The translations under genes and the position numbers were made by a program. A stretch of DNA of 54,932 nt, from the NCBI GenBank assembly GCA_044220955.1, contig JBGAQA010000040.1:1-54932 (forward strand). Direction: 5' to 3'. The notes beneath the pieces were generated by a model. It saw only the letters and a list, made by a program, of their open reading frames with translations. It did no database searches and had not been told where the DNA came from. Source of the DNA: Sandaracinaceae bacterium (lineage in GTDB: Bacteria > Myxococcota_A > Polyangia > Polyangiales > Sandaracinaceae). Of this stretch, positions 32,182 to 41,049 are shown piece by piece. Each line of letters begins with the position of its first letter. Within the stretch, counting starts at the first letter, position 1.

Positions 32182-34112
32182 CGCGTCAGCGGGTTGAGGC
32201 GCTCGATGTAGCCCTGGTGCGCGCTCAGGTTCCAGTTCGAGCCCAGCACCACGAAGTGCATCAGGTTCGACGAGTCGCCGTAGGCGGTGTCCGCGATCAC
32301 GTCGGTACCGCCGAAGGGGACGCACATGTTGGTCGCCGACGGGACCTCGCCGGCGCCGCAGGGCCGGCCGTTCTCCGTCGTGTGGAAGAGACCGAGGAAG
32401 TGGCCGACCTCGTGCGCGGCCACGTGCCCCGCCAGATCCCCGCCGCTCGCGCCCGGCCCGACCACGCCGGGATCGAACGCGATCACGACGCCGCTGTGGC
32501 TCGAGCCGTGGATGCGCGGCGGCCCGGGGATGCCGCCGGCGATCCCGAGCGTGTTGAACTCCCCCGAGTCGCCCGCGCGCACCTCCTGCACGAGAAACAG
32601 GTTCAGCACGCTCTCGGTCGTGCCCGTGCTCATCCGGAAGAGCTGAGAGAGCTCGCTGGCCTCGCCGTCGGCGGTGTCGATGATCGCGAGCGAGGGGGCG
32701 TTGACGTCCACGAACGTGACGCTGCCGACCGCGATGCTCGCCATCGCCATGATGGCCGTGAAGCGGCTCAAGAACGCCGAGACGCGCGTGCTCGAGGCCG
32801 CGCTCGCCGCCGTGACGCCGACGCCGACGAGGTGGACGCGCACGTCGAGCGTGCCCGTGGCCGGCGGCGCGGCGCCGAGCACCTCGATCGCGTCGACGTG
32901 CATGTTCACGCTGCCGCCCGACGTCGGAGTCGCCCCGTACGCCGCCATCGTGAAGCGCACGAAGCCTGGCCGGTACACGTAGCTTCCCGTCGTGTTCGGG
33001 ATGAGCATGGCGACGGCGCTCGTGGCGTCGAACGGATACCAGCGGATCGGCTGGTCGACGTACGTCGACATCTCGGCCAGCGAGTAGATGCGACCGCCGG
33101 CGTCGTAGACCTCGTAGAAGAACATGTCGAGCGGGTCACCCCCGGTCTGGCGCGCGCGGAGCGTGACGCTGAGCGTCTCGGGGGGCGTCGCGAAGAGGAG
33201 GTCCGGCGTGCCGCTGTTCGCGGCGACCGTGTAGTCACCCAGATCGACGATCCGCACCTCGGTGCCGCTCGCGGGGCCTGGGTCGTAGCCGCACCCCATG
33301 AAGGGGCCGCCGCCCGGGTAGCTCACGCTCGTGCAGCGCTGCCCACGCAGGCACTGCGCGTCGGCGTCGCAGACGGCGCGGCACTGCCCCTGGACGCAGG
33401 TGGCGTTGTCGCAGCCGGCGGCGTCGGTGCAGAACGAGCCGTTCGTGCCCACGCCCGGCTGGTAGGGCACGCAGAACGTGCCGAACGTGCCGTTGATCGT
33501 CGAGACGCCGCACGAGGCCGACCAGGGCTCGAAGAAACAGGGGTCGGCGTTCGCGCACGCGATCGTGCACACGCCGCCGCCCGAGGCCGGCAGGCACAGG
33601 CCGCTGGCGCAGTCGGCACTCGCCGTGCACGGCGTCCCGTTCGCGAGGCCCATCCCGCCGCCGTCGGTCGGCATCACGCAGTGCCCGCCGCTGCAGAGCA
33701 TCCCCGGCGCGCACTCCGCGGCCGTCGTGCACTCGGGGCCGCGGCAGCGACCCCCCATGCACGTCGCACCGCTGCCTCCGCACGCCGTGTCGTCGCCGCA
33801 GGGCGGCTGGCAGAGGCCGCTCCAGCACTGCTGGCCGGCGCGGCAGTCCGCGTCGCCCGCGCACATCCCGAAGCAGACCGAGGCGCCGAACGCGGAATTG
33901 CACGAGGTGCCGCTCGGACACGACGCGCCGTCGCAGGTGCTCGTGCAGTAGCCCGCCGAGTCCGCGGTGGGCAAGCACGCCAGACCGGCGGTGCAGCTGC
34001 CGGCGCAGGGCGCGCCGTAGTCCGGCAGCTCGTGGGTCTCGCCGCCGCCGCAGCTCGCGAGCACGGCGAGCGCCGAGAAGATGAAGAGCCCCGAGCCGAC
34101 GCCGCGCTTCAT
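32178..34112 (-). CDS. Cys-rich lipoprotein with a C-terminal metzincin (M43/pappalysin-like) metalloprotease domain
   Basis: Lipobox LASC, Cys repeats, LGIAGGIPGP, HEVGHFLGLFHT zinc motif, NLM Met-turn. Confidence 0.85.
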   Translation of the reverse strand: MKRGVGSGLFIFSALAVLASCGGGETHELPDYGAPCAGSCTAGLACLPTADSAGYCTSTCDGASCPSGTSCNSAFGASVCFGMCAGDADCRAGQQCWSGLCQPPCGDDTACGGSGATCMGGRCRGPECTTAAECAPGMLCSGGHCVMPTDGGGMGLANGTPCTASADCASGLCLPASGGGVCTIACANADPCFFEPWSASCGVSTINGTFGTFCVPYQPGVGTNGSFCTDAAGCDNATCVQGQCRAVCDADAQCLRGQRCTSVSYPGGGPFMGCGYDPGPASGTEVRIVDLGDYTVAANSGTPDLLFATPPETLSVTLRARQTGGDPLDMFFYEVYDAGGRIYSLAEMSTYVDQPIRWYPFDATSAVAMLIPNTTGSYVYRPGFVRFTMAAYGATPTSGGSVNMHVDAIEVLGAAPPATGTLDVRVHLVGVGVTAASAASSTRVSAFLSRFTAIMAMASIAVGSVTFVDVNAPSLAIIDTADGEASELSQLFRMSTGTTESVLNLFLVQEVRAGDSGEFNTLGIAGGIPGPPRIHGSSHSGVVIAFDPGVVGPGASGGDLAGHVAAHEVGHFLGLFHTTENGRPCGAGEVPSATNMCVPFGGTDVIADTAYGDSSNLMHFVVLGSNWNLSAHQGYIERLNPLTR

Positions 34113-34200
34113 GAAAAGCCTCGCTGCGAGTATACGTGTTCTCCCGCGTGCGACGCCGGTAGACTCGGCCCAGCGGTCCTGACCGCGCACTTCCGCCCCG

Positions 34201-35643
34201 ATGTCGAACCTCCCCCGTCTCGGTCGCTACGAGCTCATCCGCAAGATCGCGGCCGGGGGCATGGCCGAGATCTTCCTCGCGCGGCAGTGGGGCGCCGGCG
34301 GCTTCTTCCGCGACGTCGTCGTCAAGCGCCTCTTCCGGCACCTGGCCGAGCACCCGACGCAGCTCCGGATGTTCCAGGACGAGGGGCGCCTCCTGAGCGA
34401 GCTCTCGCACCCGAACATCCCGCAGGTCTACGACGTCGCGTTCTCGGACGGCTACTGGTACATCGCGATGGAGCACGTCGACGGGCCGACGCTCGCCGAC
34501 CTCTGGCACCGCGGCGCCCGCAACGGCCACCCGATGCCGCTGGCGGTCGCGATCGCCGTGGTGCTGCAGATCTGCGAGGCGCTGCACCACGCGCACGAGC
34601 GAGCGGACCGCGGGCACACGCCGCTGCGCATCGTGCACCGCGACGTCACGCCGCAGAACATGATGCTCACGCGTGACGGCGTGATGAAGCTGATGGACTT
34701 CGGCGTCGCCCTCACGGCCGCGCGCCGCGAGACCGAGAACACCGGCGCCGTGCGCGGCACCGTCGCCTACATGGCGCCCGAGCAGGTCCGAGCGCGCCCG
34801 CTCGACAAGCGCGCCGACGTCTTCGCGCTCGGCGTGGTCCTCTACGAGCTCACCACGGGCACGCGCCTGTACCGCGGGAGCGACATCCAGATCATGACGC
34901 AGGTCGTCGAGCAGGACGCGCCGCCGCCGTCGAGCAAGGCGCCCGACTACCCGGCCGATCTCGAGCAGGTCGTGCTCGAGGCGCTGAGCCGGGACCGCGG
35001 CCGGCGAACACCCAGCGCCGCGCACCTCGCCTGGAAGCTGGAGGAGCTGGCGATCCGACGCGGCATGCTCGTCGGCCCGCGCACCGTCGCGCGCTACGTG
35101 AGCCAGACGATGCCCGCCGAGCGCGTGCAGGAGCATGCCCTCGCGATGGTGGCGACGTCGCAGTCGATGGAGGCCGCCGCGCGGCAGGCGGAGGCGTCAC
35201 CTTCGGAGTACGACGATCCCGGGCTCATGGACGACCTGCAGCTGCTCTCGCTTCCGCCCGAGCAGGCGGGCGGTGAGGGCGCGCTCGACCCGCTCGATCT
35301 CCCGATCGAGCCCGACGCGCAGGACCGGATCTCCGCACCCCTGCCGCTCGTCACGAAGTCCTGGCCAGGTCGCCCCGTGCCGCCGGAGCCCATGATCGAG
35401 GATGGCGACGAGGCGCTCGACGAGCTGCTCCGCTCGGAGCCCCCGCCGAGGATGGACGGCGAGCCGGCGGGCCCGAGCGAAGATCTGGTGCTGGACGCGT
35501 TCGACGAGGACCCGCGTGGGCAGCGGCCCGTGGTGCTCCTGGGGGATCGGCAGCGCAAGACGGGACGGCCGCCCCCCGTCGACACGGGCGAGTACATGAG
35601 CGACCTCGAGCGCCGGCTCGAGGGGGACGAAGAGGACCGCTGA
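34201..35643 (+). CDS. Cytoplasmic Ser/Thr protein kinase with an acidic/Pro-rich tail
   Basis: IAAGGMAEIF, VVVK, HRDVTPQN, DFGVA, GTVAYMAPEQ, DVFALG. No TM segment. Confidence 0.93.
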   Translation: MSNLPRLGRYELIRKIAAGGMAEIFLARQWGAGGFFRDVVVKRLFRHLAEHPTQLRMFQDEGRLLSELSHPNIPQVYDVAFSDGYWYIAMEHVDGPTLADLWHRGARNGHPMPLAVAIAVVLQICEALHHAHERADRGHTPLRIVHRDVTPQNMMLTRDGVMKLMDFGVALTAARRETENTGAVRGTVAYMAPEQVRARPLDKRADVFALGVVLYELTTGTRLYRGSDIQIMTQVVEQDAPPPSSKAPDYPADLEQVVLEALSRDRGRRTPSAAHLAWKLEELAIRRGMLVGPRTVARYVSQTMPAERVQEHALAMVATSQSMEAAARQAEASPSEYDDPGLMDDLQLLSLPPEQAGGEGALDPLDLPIEPDAQDRISAPLPLVTKSWPGRPVPPEPMIEDGDEALDELLRSEPPPRMDGEPAGPSEDLVLDAFDEDPRGQRPVVLLGDRQRKTGRPPPVDTGEYMSDLERRLEGDEEDR

Positions 35644-35676
35644 GCGCCGGCTCGGGCCCACGACCTCGATCTGGAG

Positions 35677-36345
35677 ATGCAGGCGACCAGCTCGTTCCGG
35701 ATCTCCCCGATGGCGCTGGCGGCGCACCGCTCGCGCATGCGGACTCTGGCCCTCTCGCTCGTCGTGATCTCGACCGCGGTGGCGGTGGGGGCACCGCTCT
35801 TGAGCACCGCGCTCGGCGTGTTCGTCCCGGTGGCGATCGCGGCTTGGGTGGTGGCCGTCCCGATGTGGCGTCGGGCGCGTCCGGACGCGCGCGCGCGTCT
35901 CGTGACGTTCGAGGGCCGCACCGTCCGCGAAGAGGGCGGCGACGACGTCGTCGGCCCCCAGCCGGTCCTGCACGCGCGCGCGTTCCGGGACCACCTCGAG
36001 GTCGTCGCGGGGACGTATACGCCTCGCCCGGCGCTGCACCAGATCGAGCTGCCCTGGACCCCGGAGGACCGCGAGCGCGTGCTCGACACGCTGCGCTCCG
36101 AGCACGGCCTCGCGATCGCCGAGGCAGGCCCGTACGGAAGACACCTCGCGCTGGCGTTCACCATCGTGCCCGCGGTCGTGGTGGCGGCCTTCGTCGCGTA
36201 TCGCGTCATCCTCCTCGCGCTCGCCGTCGGAGTCGTGAACGTCCTCGGGCGGCTCGATCCCGCGACGGCGTTCGGCGCGCTCCTCGCGCTCGTGGTGGGC
36301 GCCGCCGGGTGGGTCGTGCTGCGATCGACGCGCCCGGGTCCGTGA
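35677..36345 (+). CDS. Hypothetical membrane protein
   Basis: GGAG SD, about 4-5 hydrophobic segments, fills the gap between genes. Confidence 0.6.
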   Translation: MQATSSFRISPMALAAHRSRMRTLALSLVVISTAVAVGAPLLSTALGVFVPVAIAAWVVAVPMWRRARPDARARLVTFEGRTVREEGGDDVVGPQPVLHARAFRDHLEVVAGTYTPRPALHQIELPWTPEDRERVLDTLRSEHGLAIAEAGPYGRHLALAFTIVPAVVVAAFVAYRVILLALAVGVVNVLGRLDPATAFGALLALVVGAAGWVVLRSTRPGP

Positions 36346-36423
36346 TCCGGCTCGGCCGGTCTCGCCAGGGGCGCGCCCAGCCTCGGGATTGATCGCGTCT
36401 CTCGCGCTCCGGGCCCCTGGAAC

Positions 36424-37503
36424 TCAACCGCGGGGGTGCGCGTCGAAGAACGCGATCACGGCCTCGCCCCAGACCACGGGGGAGGCGTCCGCGCAGGCGA
36501 AGCCCGTCGTGCCGAAGCGATCGGTGCCGACGTCGGTGCTGCCCGGAAAGCAGTGCCCCGCGAGGATGCGCGAGTACGCGTCGTAGTCGTGCTCGACGAG
36601 CTCGAACGGGTTGCCGGTCGGGCTCCGCCAGCGCGTCCAGGCGTGCGCGCCGTCCATCGAGACGATGGTGTCGAGCGCCATCGACCAGCCCGCGACCACG
36701 CGGTCTCGCTGCATCGCCCCGTAGGTCCAGTTGACGATCCGGTCGTGGTGACCGTGCAGGTAGAGCACCGGCACCTCGACGCTGGGCCGCTCCGTCGCGC
36801 TGAACGAACACGCCTCGAAGAGCGTCCCCGTCGCCGCGGCGCCCGGCGCGACCGAACCGAAGAGCTCCGCGTGGTGGCAGAGCATCCGCCACGTCATGTA
36901 CCCGCCCTGCGAGAACCCGGTGAAGTGCACCCGATCCGGATCGATGCGCAGCGCGCGGAGGGTGAGAAGGAGGAAGTCGAGGATCTTCGGGTCGTCGCGC
37001 GCCGGGTCCCACGACGGGCCGAGGGTCCCGTCGGGCGCCGTCGGCTGCACCACGACGTATCCGTGCGCCGGGCCGAGCGCGCGCAGGCCCGTGTTCCGGT
37101 CCTCGTCGTCGGCGCTCATGGTCGCGCCGTGCACGTCGAAGATCACGCCGCAGCCGCCCATCGCGCACGCGGGCGAGATCTCGACGTCGTAGGTGATGCC
37201 GTCGCAGGGCAGGACGTGGTGCCCCGCGCCGACGTCGGTCAGGCAGCCCTCGGCCATCGGCGGTCCGGCGTCGCCGAAGCTCGTGTCCGGCAGGGCGATC
37301 GCGTCCCGACCGGCGTCGGCGGCGGGAACCGCCGCGTCGTCCGGGGCGGCCGCGTCCATCCCCTGGCCGGCGTCGCGCGCGTCCCCGGCATCGCTCGCGG
37401 GCGCGCCCCCGTCGGAGCCTCGGGCGTCGGGGTCGCCGGCGGCGGGCTCGCTGGCACACCCGGCGAAGAAGAAGCACGACCCGAGCACGACGAGGAAGCG
37501 CAT
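36424..37503 (-). CDS. Alpha/beta-hydrolase (PHB-depolymerase/LpqP-like esterase) lipoprotein
   Basis: Lipobox FAGC, DVHG, GYVVVQP, IDPDRVHFTGFSQGG nucleophile, LYLHGHHD, GHC. TACCCT 7 nt upstream. Confidence 0.85.
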   Translation of the reverse strand: MRFLVVLGSCFFFAGCASEPAAGDPDARGSDGGAPASDAGDARDAGQGMDAAAPDDAAVPAADAGRDAIALPDTSFGDAGPPMAEGCLTDVGAGHHVLPCDGITYDVEISPACAMGGCGVIFDVHGATMSADDEDRNTGLRALGPAHGYVVVQPTAPDGTLGPSWDPARDDPKILDFLLLTLRALRIDPDRVHFTGFSQGGYMTWRMLCHHAELFGSVAPGAAATGTLFEACSFSATERPSVEVPVLYLHGHHDRIVNWTYGAMQRDRVVAGWSMALDTIVSMDGAHAWTRWRSPTGNPFELVEHDYDAYSRILAGHCFPGSTDVGTDRFGTTGFACADASPVVWGEAVIAFFDAHPRG

Positions 37504-37561
37504 TGCGCCGAGGGTAACGCGTCCTCGCCCCACCCCGCGCCCTCGTGTAGCGTGTCTGTCG

Positions 37562-39955
37562 ATGCCGTCGTGCCGCTGGGTCGTCGCGTTCGCGTGGGTA
37601 GGAGCCGTGTCGGCGTTCGCGAGCGGCTGCGCGGCGCCGATCGCCCCGCGCGACGGCGGCTCCGACGCCGGCTTCGATGCGACGAACGACGCCGGCTCCG
37701 ACGGCGGGCCCGACGCGGGGCACGACGCCGGCCCGCGCACCTGCGGGACGGACGCCGAGTGCGGACCCGGGGGGCTCTGCCTGGGGCGCCTCTGTCAGCG
37801 CGATCCCTGCCTCTCTCACAGCCCCTGCCGCCTCGGCCTCGAGCGCTGCCACGCGGGGTGCGTGTCGCTCGTCGACCCGTGCGACGGCGTGACGTGCGCG
37901 GCGGACCAGACGTGCCTCGACGGTCGCTGCTTCGCGGGCTGTCTGCCGGTGGCCTGCGAGGGCATCACCTGCCCCGCCGGCGAGTACTGCAGCGCCGCCA
38001 CCGGCGGGTGCGTGCCGATCGTCCCCTGCGAGGCGAGCTGCGGCGCGGACGCCGCGTGCAACTTCACGTGCACGCCCCGCTCGGCGTGCGACGGCGTCAC
38101 GTGCTCCGACGGGCAGTTCTGCCGCGCGGGGGCCTGCATCGCGAACCCCTGCTTCGGCGTTCGATGCGACGCGGGGCAGGTCTGCAACGACGGCACGTGC
38201 GTCGAGACGTGCGCGTGCAGCCCGGCCTGCGCCCCGCCCGAGCGCTGCATCGGCAACCGCTGCGTGTGCGTGCGGCACTGCCCCGCCGGCTCCGCGTGCG
38301 GCGCGGACGACGGCTGCGGCGGCTTCTGCGACGGCGCCTGCCCCGGTCCCCACGACGCCTGCAACCCCGACGCCGGCCGCTGCGAGTGCGTGCCCTCCTG
38401 TCCGGCGGGCGTCGCGTGCGGCGCCGACGACGGCTGCGGCGGGCGCTGCCAGGGTCCGTGCACGGGCGGCCTGTCGTGCGTCGCAGGCACATGCACGTGC
38501 ACCGCGACCTGCGTCGCGCCCGACATGGTCGACTGCGGCGCCGCGATCCCCCCGACCTGCATGGGGAGTAGCCCATGCACGGGAACGGGCACGCGCTGCG
38601 CAGGCACGGCCACCTGCGATGCCGCGGGCGCGTGCTGCCCCGCGTGCCCCGCCGACGCGTCGGTGCTCTGCGGCGTGCCGGTCCCGAGCCCGCGCGACAC
38701 GCTCGGCGGCGTGTGCCGCACGTGTACGGGCGTCGGGACGATGTGCGCGACGGGGACCTGCGTGAGCCCTCCCGGTACCACGCAGCCCACCGAGCGCACC
38801 TGCTGCGGCGACTGCGCGAGCCCGAGCTCGGTGCCCTGCGGCATGCGCATCCCGGACGTGCTCGACGCGGCCGGCCACGTGTGCCGCACGTGCACCGGGT
38901 ACGGAACCGGGACGTGCACGGCGGGAACGACGTGCACCGGCGGCGCGACGGGCGTGTGCTGCGCGAGCTGCACCACGCCGAGCAGCCTGCCCTGCGGAGA
39001 TCCGATCCCCTCGCTGACCTGCCGGCCCTGCTCGGGCGTCGGCTCGATGTGCGCCGCAGGAACGACGTGCGTGAGCCCTCCGGGCACGACCGATCCGCTC
39101 GCGCGCGAGTGCTGCGGCGACTGCGCGGGCGCGAGCACCGTCGCTTGCGGCGTGCCGCTGCCCGACGTGCACGCAGCGGACGGATCGGTGTGCCGCACCT
39201 GCGGCACCGGAACCTCGTGCCCGGTCGGGAGCACGTGCTCGGGCGGCGCGTGCTGTCCCGCATGTCCTCCCGCCACGGACTTCCCTTGCGGGACCAGCAT
39301 CCCCGATCAGCGCGACACCACTGGCGCGGTGTGCCGCACGTGCGGCGTCGGCCAGGCGTGTGGCGCAGGGAGCACGTGCAGCAGCGGCATGTGCTGTCCC
39401 GCGTGCGCCTCGCCGAGCACGCTCGCGTGCGGCGCCAACCCGACCGAGCCGGCGGGCTGTCCGATGTGCCCGAACGGGACCATGTGCCCGAGCGGCGAGC
39501 GCTGCACCGGCACGACGTGCTGCGCGCCGACCTGCACGCCCCCGTCGACGCGCCCCTGCGGCAGCGCGCCGAGCGACGGCTGCGGGGGAACGTGCAGCGT
39601 CGGGACGCAGTGCGCCGCCATGGGCGAGACGTGCGGCGGCTCGCCGCCCCACTGCGCGTGCACGCCGTCCTGCGTGGGACGCCGCTGCGGCGAGTCGAAC
39701 GGCTGCGGCGGGCAGTGCCGCGGCACCTGCGATCCGGGCCTGCAGTGCTCGGAGCACACCCCCGCGACGTCCCCGCCGAGCTACGAGTGCACGCTGAGCG
39801 CTTGCTCGCCGGCGTGCGGCCTCTGCGAGTCGTGCGTGCTCGGCTCGTGCGAGCCGCTCGCGTGCGCGCCCGGGGAGACGGCGTGCATCTTCACGTGCGA
39901 GTGCTGCGCGCCGGGCGAGACCTGCGGCGTGCTCGGCTGCTCGACGGTCGGCTGA
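37562..39955 (+). CDS. Very Cys-rich repeat lipoprotein (797 aa)
   Basis: Lipobox ASGC, DAG linker, DPCDGVTC and CGADDGCGG repeats, and CCxxC...CGxx[IVL]P...CRTC repeats. Confidence 0.85.
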   Translation: MPSCRWVVAFAWVGAVSAFASGCAAPIAPRDGGSDAGFDATNDAGSDGGPDAGHDAGPRTCGTDAECGPGGLCLGRLCQRDPCLSHSPCRLGLERCHAGCVSLVDPCDGVTCAADQTCLDGRCFAGCLPVACEGITCPAGEYCSAATGGCVPIVPCEASCGADAACNFTCTPRSACDGVTCSDGQFCRAGACIANPCFGVRCDAGQVCNDGTCVETCACSPACAPPERCIGNRCVCVRHCPAGSACGADDGCGGFCDGACPGPHDACNPDAGRCECVPSCPAGVACGADDGCGGRCQGPCTGGLSCVAGTCTCTATCVAPDMVDCGAAIPPTCMGSSPCTGTGTRCAGTATCDAAGACCPACPADASVLCGVPVPSPRDTLGGVCRTCTGVGTMCATGTCVSPPGTTQPTERTCCGDCASPSSVPCGMRIPDVLDAAGHVCRTCTGYGTGTCTAGTTCTGGATGVCCASCTTPSSLPCGDPIPSLTCRPCSGVGSMCAAGTTCVSPPGTTDPLARECCGDCAGASTVACGVPLPDVHAADGSVCRTCGTGTSCPVGSTCSGGACCPACPPATDFPCGTSIPDQRDTTGAVCRTCGVGQACGAGSTCSSGMCCPACASPSTLACGANPTEPAGCPMCPNGTMCPSGERCTGTTCCAPTCTPPSTRPCGSAPSDGCGGTCSVGTQCAAMGETCGGSPPHCACTPSCVGRRCGESNGCGGQCRGTCDPGLQCSEHTPATSPPSYECTLSACSPACGLCESCVLGSCEPLACAPGETACIFTCECCAPGETCGVLGCSTVG

Positions 39956-39980
39956 GAGCCGTCTCTGGGCTCTGCGCTCC

Positions 39981-40004
39981 GTCGGCGTCTGGTGCGACGC
40001 CGAC
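39981..40004. terminator. Hairpin downstream of the Cys-rich gene
   Basis: GTCGGCGTC / GACGCCGAC 9-bp stem with 6-nt loop, extendable by GCTC/GAGC. Confidence 0.35.
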
Positions 40005-40076
40005 CCGAGCGTCTTGCGCGAGGCGCCCGGGCAGTGGTCGGAGTGGTGATCCGCTGACTCGCCCGGTACGCTGCAC

Positions 40077-40979
40077 GTGTTGAACGAGCCGAGCACCACG
40101 GACTTCGGTGCGCTGTTCGAGCCCCACCGGCGCGAGCTCAGGGCGCACTGCTACCGCATGCTCGGCTCGCTCGCCGACGCCGACGACGCCACGCAGGACA
40201 CGATGCTGCGCGCGTTCCGCGCGTCGGGCAGCCTCGAGAGCACGAAGGCCGCGCGCGCGTGGCTCTATCAGATCGCGACGAACGTCTGCCTCGATCGCCT
40301 CGCGCGCCGGCCCGCGGTGCTCGACCCGGGCGCGCTCGTCGACCCGTGCCCGGACTCCATCTGGGAGAGCACGGAGGCGGGCCCGGAGGCGCGCATCTCG
40401 GCGCGCGAGAGCGTGGCGCTCGCGTTCATGGTCGCGCTCTCGGAGCTGCCACCGCTGCAGCGCGCGGTGCTCCTCTTGCGCGACGTGCTCGGCTGGTCGG
40501 CGAGCGAGGCGGCCAGCCTCCTCGATCACTCCGAGGCGTCGGTGAACAGCGCCCTGCAGCGAGCGAGGGAGCGCTGCCCGGCGCCGGCGCGCGCTCGCCC
40601 GACGTCGCTCGACCCCTCGATCGAGAGCCTGCTCGGACGCTACGTGCGCGCCTGGGAGTCGGGCGACGCGGGCGCGCTCACCTCGCTCTTGCGCGACGAC
40701 GCGCGACTCACGATGCCGCCGGGGCCGATCGTCACGGGCCGCGACGAGATCTCGGCGTTCCTGGCCGGCATCTACGCGCAGCTGGGTCCGATGCGCGTGT
40801 TGCCCGTGCCCGTCGCGGGCGGCGTCGGCTTCGCCGCCTACCAGCGAGCGGCGGGCGACACGAGGTTCCGCCCGCTCGTGCTCCAGCACGTCGAGGTCGG
40901 CTCGGACGGGATCGCGGCGCTGCACTCGTACATGCGGCCCGCCCTCTTCCCGCTCTTCGGTCTGCCGGACAGCCTCTGA
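40077..40979 (+). CDS. ECF sigma factor with a SnoaL-like C-terminal extension (SigG/ECF56-like)
   Basis: ELRAHCYRMLGS..DADD, WLYQIATNVCLD, RESVALAF..AL..LPPLQRAVLLLRDVLGW, SVNSALQRAR, then YVRAWESGD...LTMPP. Confidence 0.9.
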   Translation: MLNEPSTTDFGALFEPHRRELRAHCYRMLGSLADADDATQDTMLRAFRASGSLESTKAARAWLYQIATNVCLDRLARRPAVLDPGALVDPCPDSIWESTEAGPEARISARESVALAFMVALSELPPLQRAVLLLRDVLGWSASEAASLLDHSEASVNSALQRARERCPAPARARPTSLDPSIESLLGRYVRAWESGDAGALTSLLRDDARLTMPPGPIVTGRDEISAFLAGIYAQLGPMRVLPVPVAGGVGFAAYQRAAGDTRFRPLVLQHVEVGSDGIAALHSYMRPALFPLFGLPDSL

Positions 40980-41049
40980 TCCGCTCCGGCGGCGAGGCGG
41001 AGCCCCTTGGCCCCTCTCGCCCCGCCTGCTTTTTCGCTATCCTCGCGCC

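Noticed and set aside
37562..39955. Cys-rich proteins as multiheme cytochromes or RiPP precursors
   Set aside because: No CxxCH motifs were found, and there are no radical-SAM, YcaO or lanthipeptide enzymes in the window.
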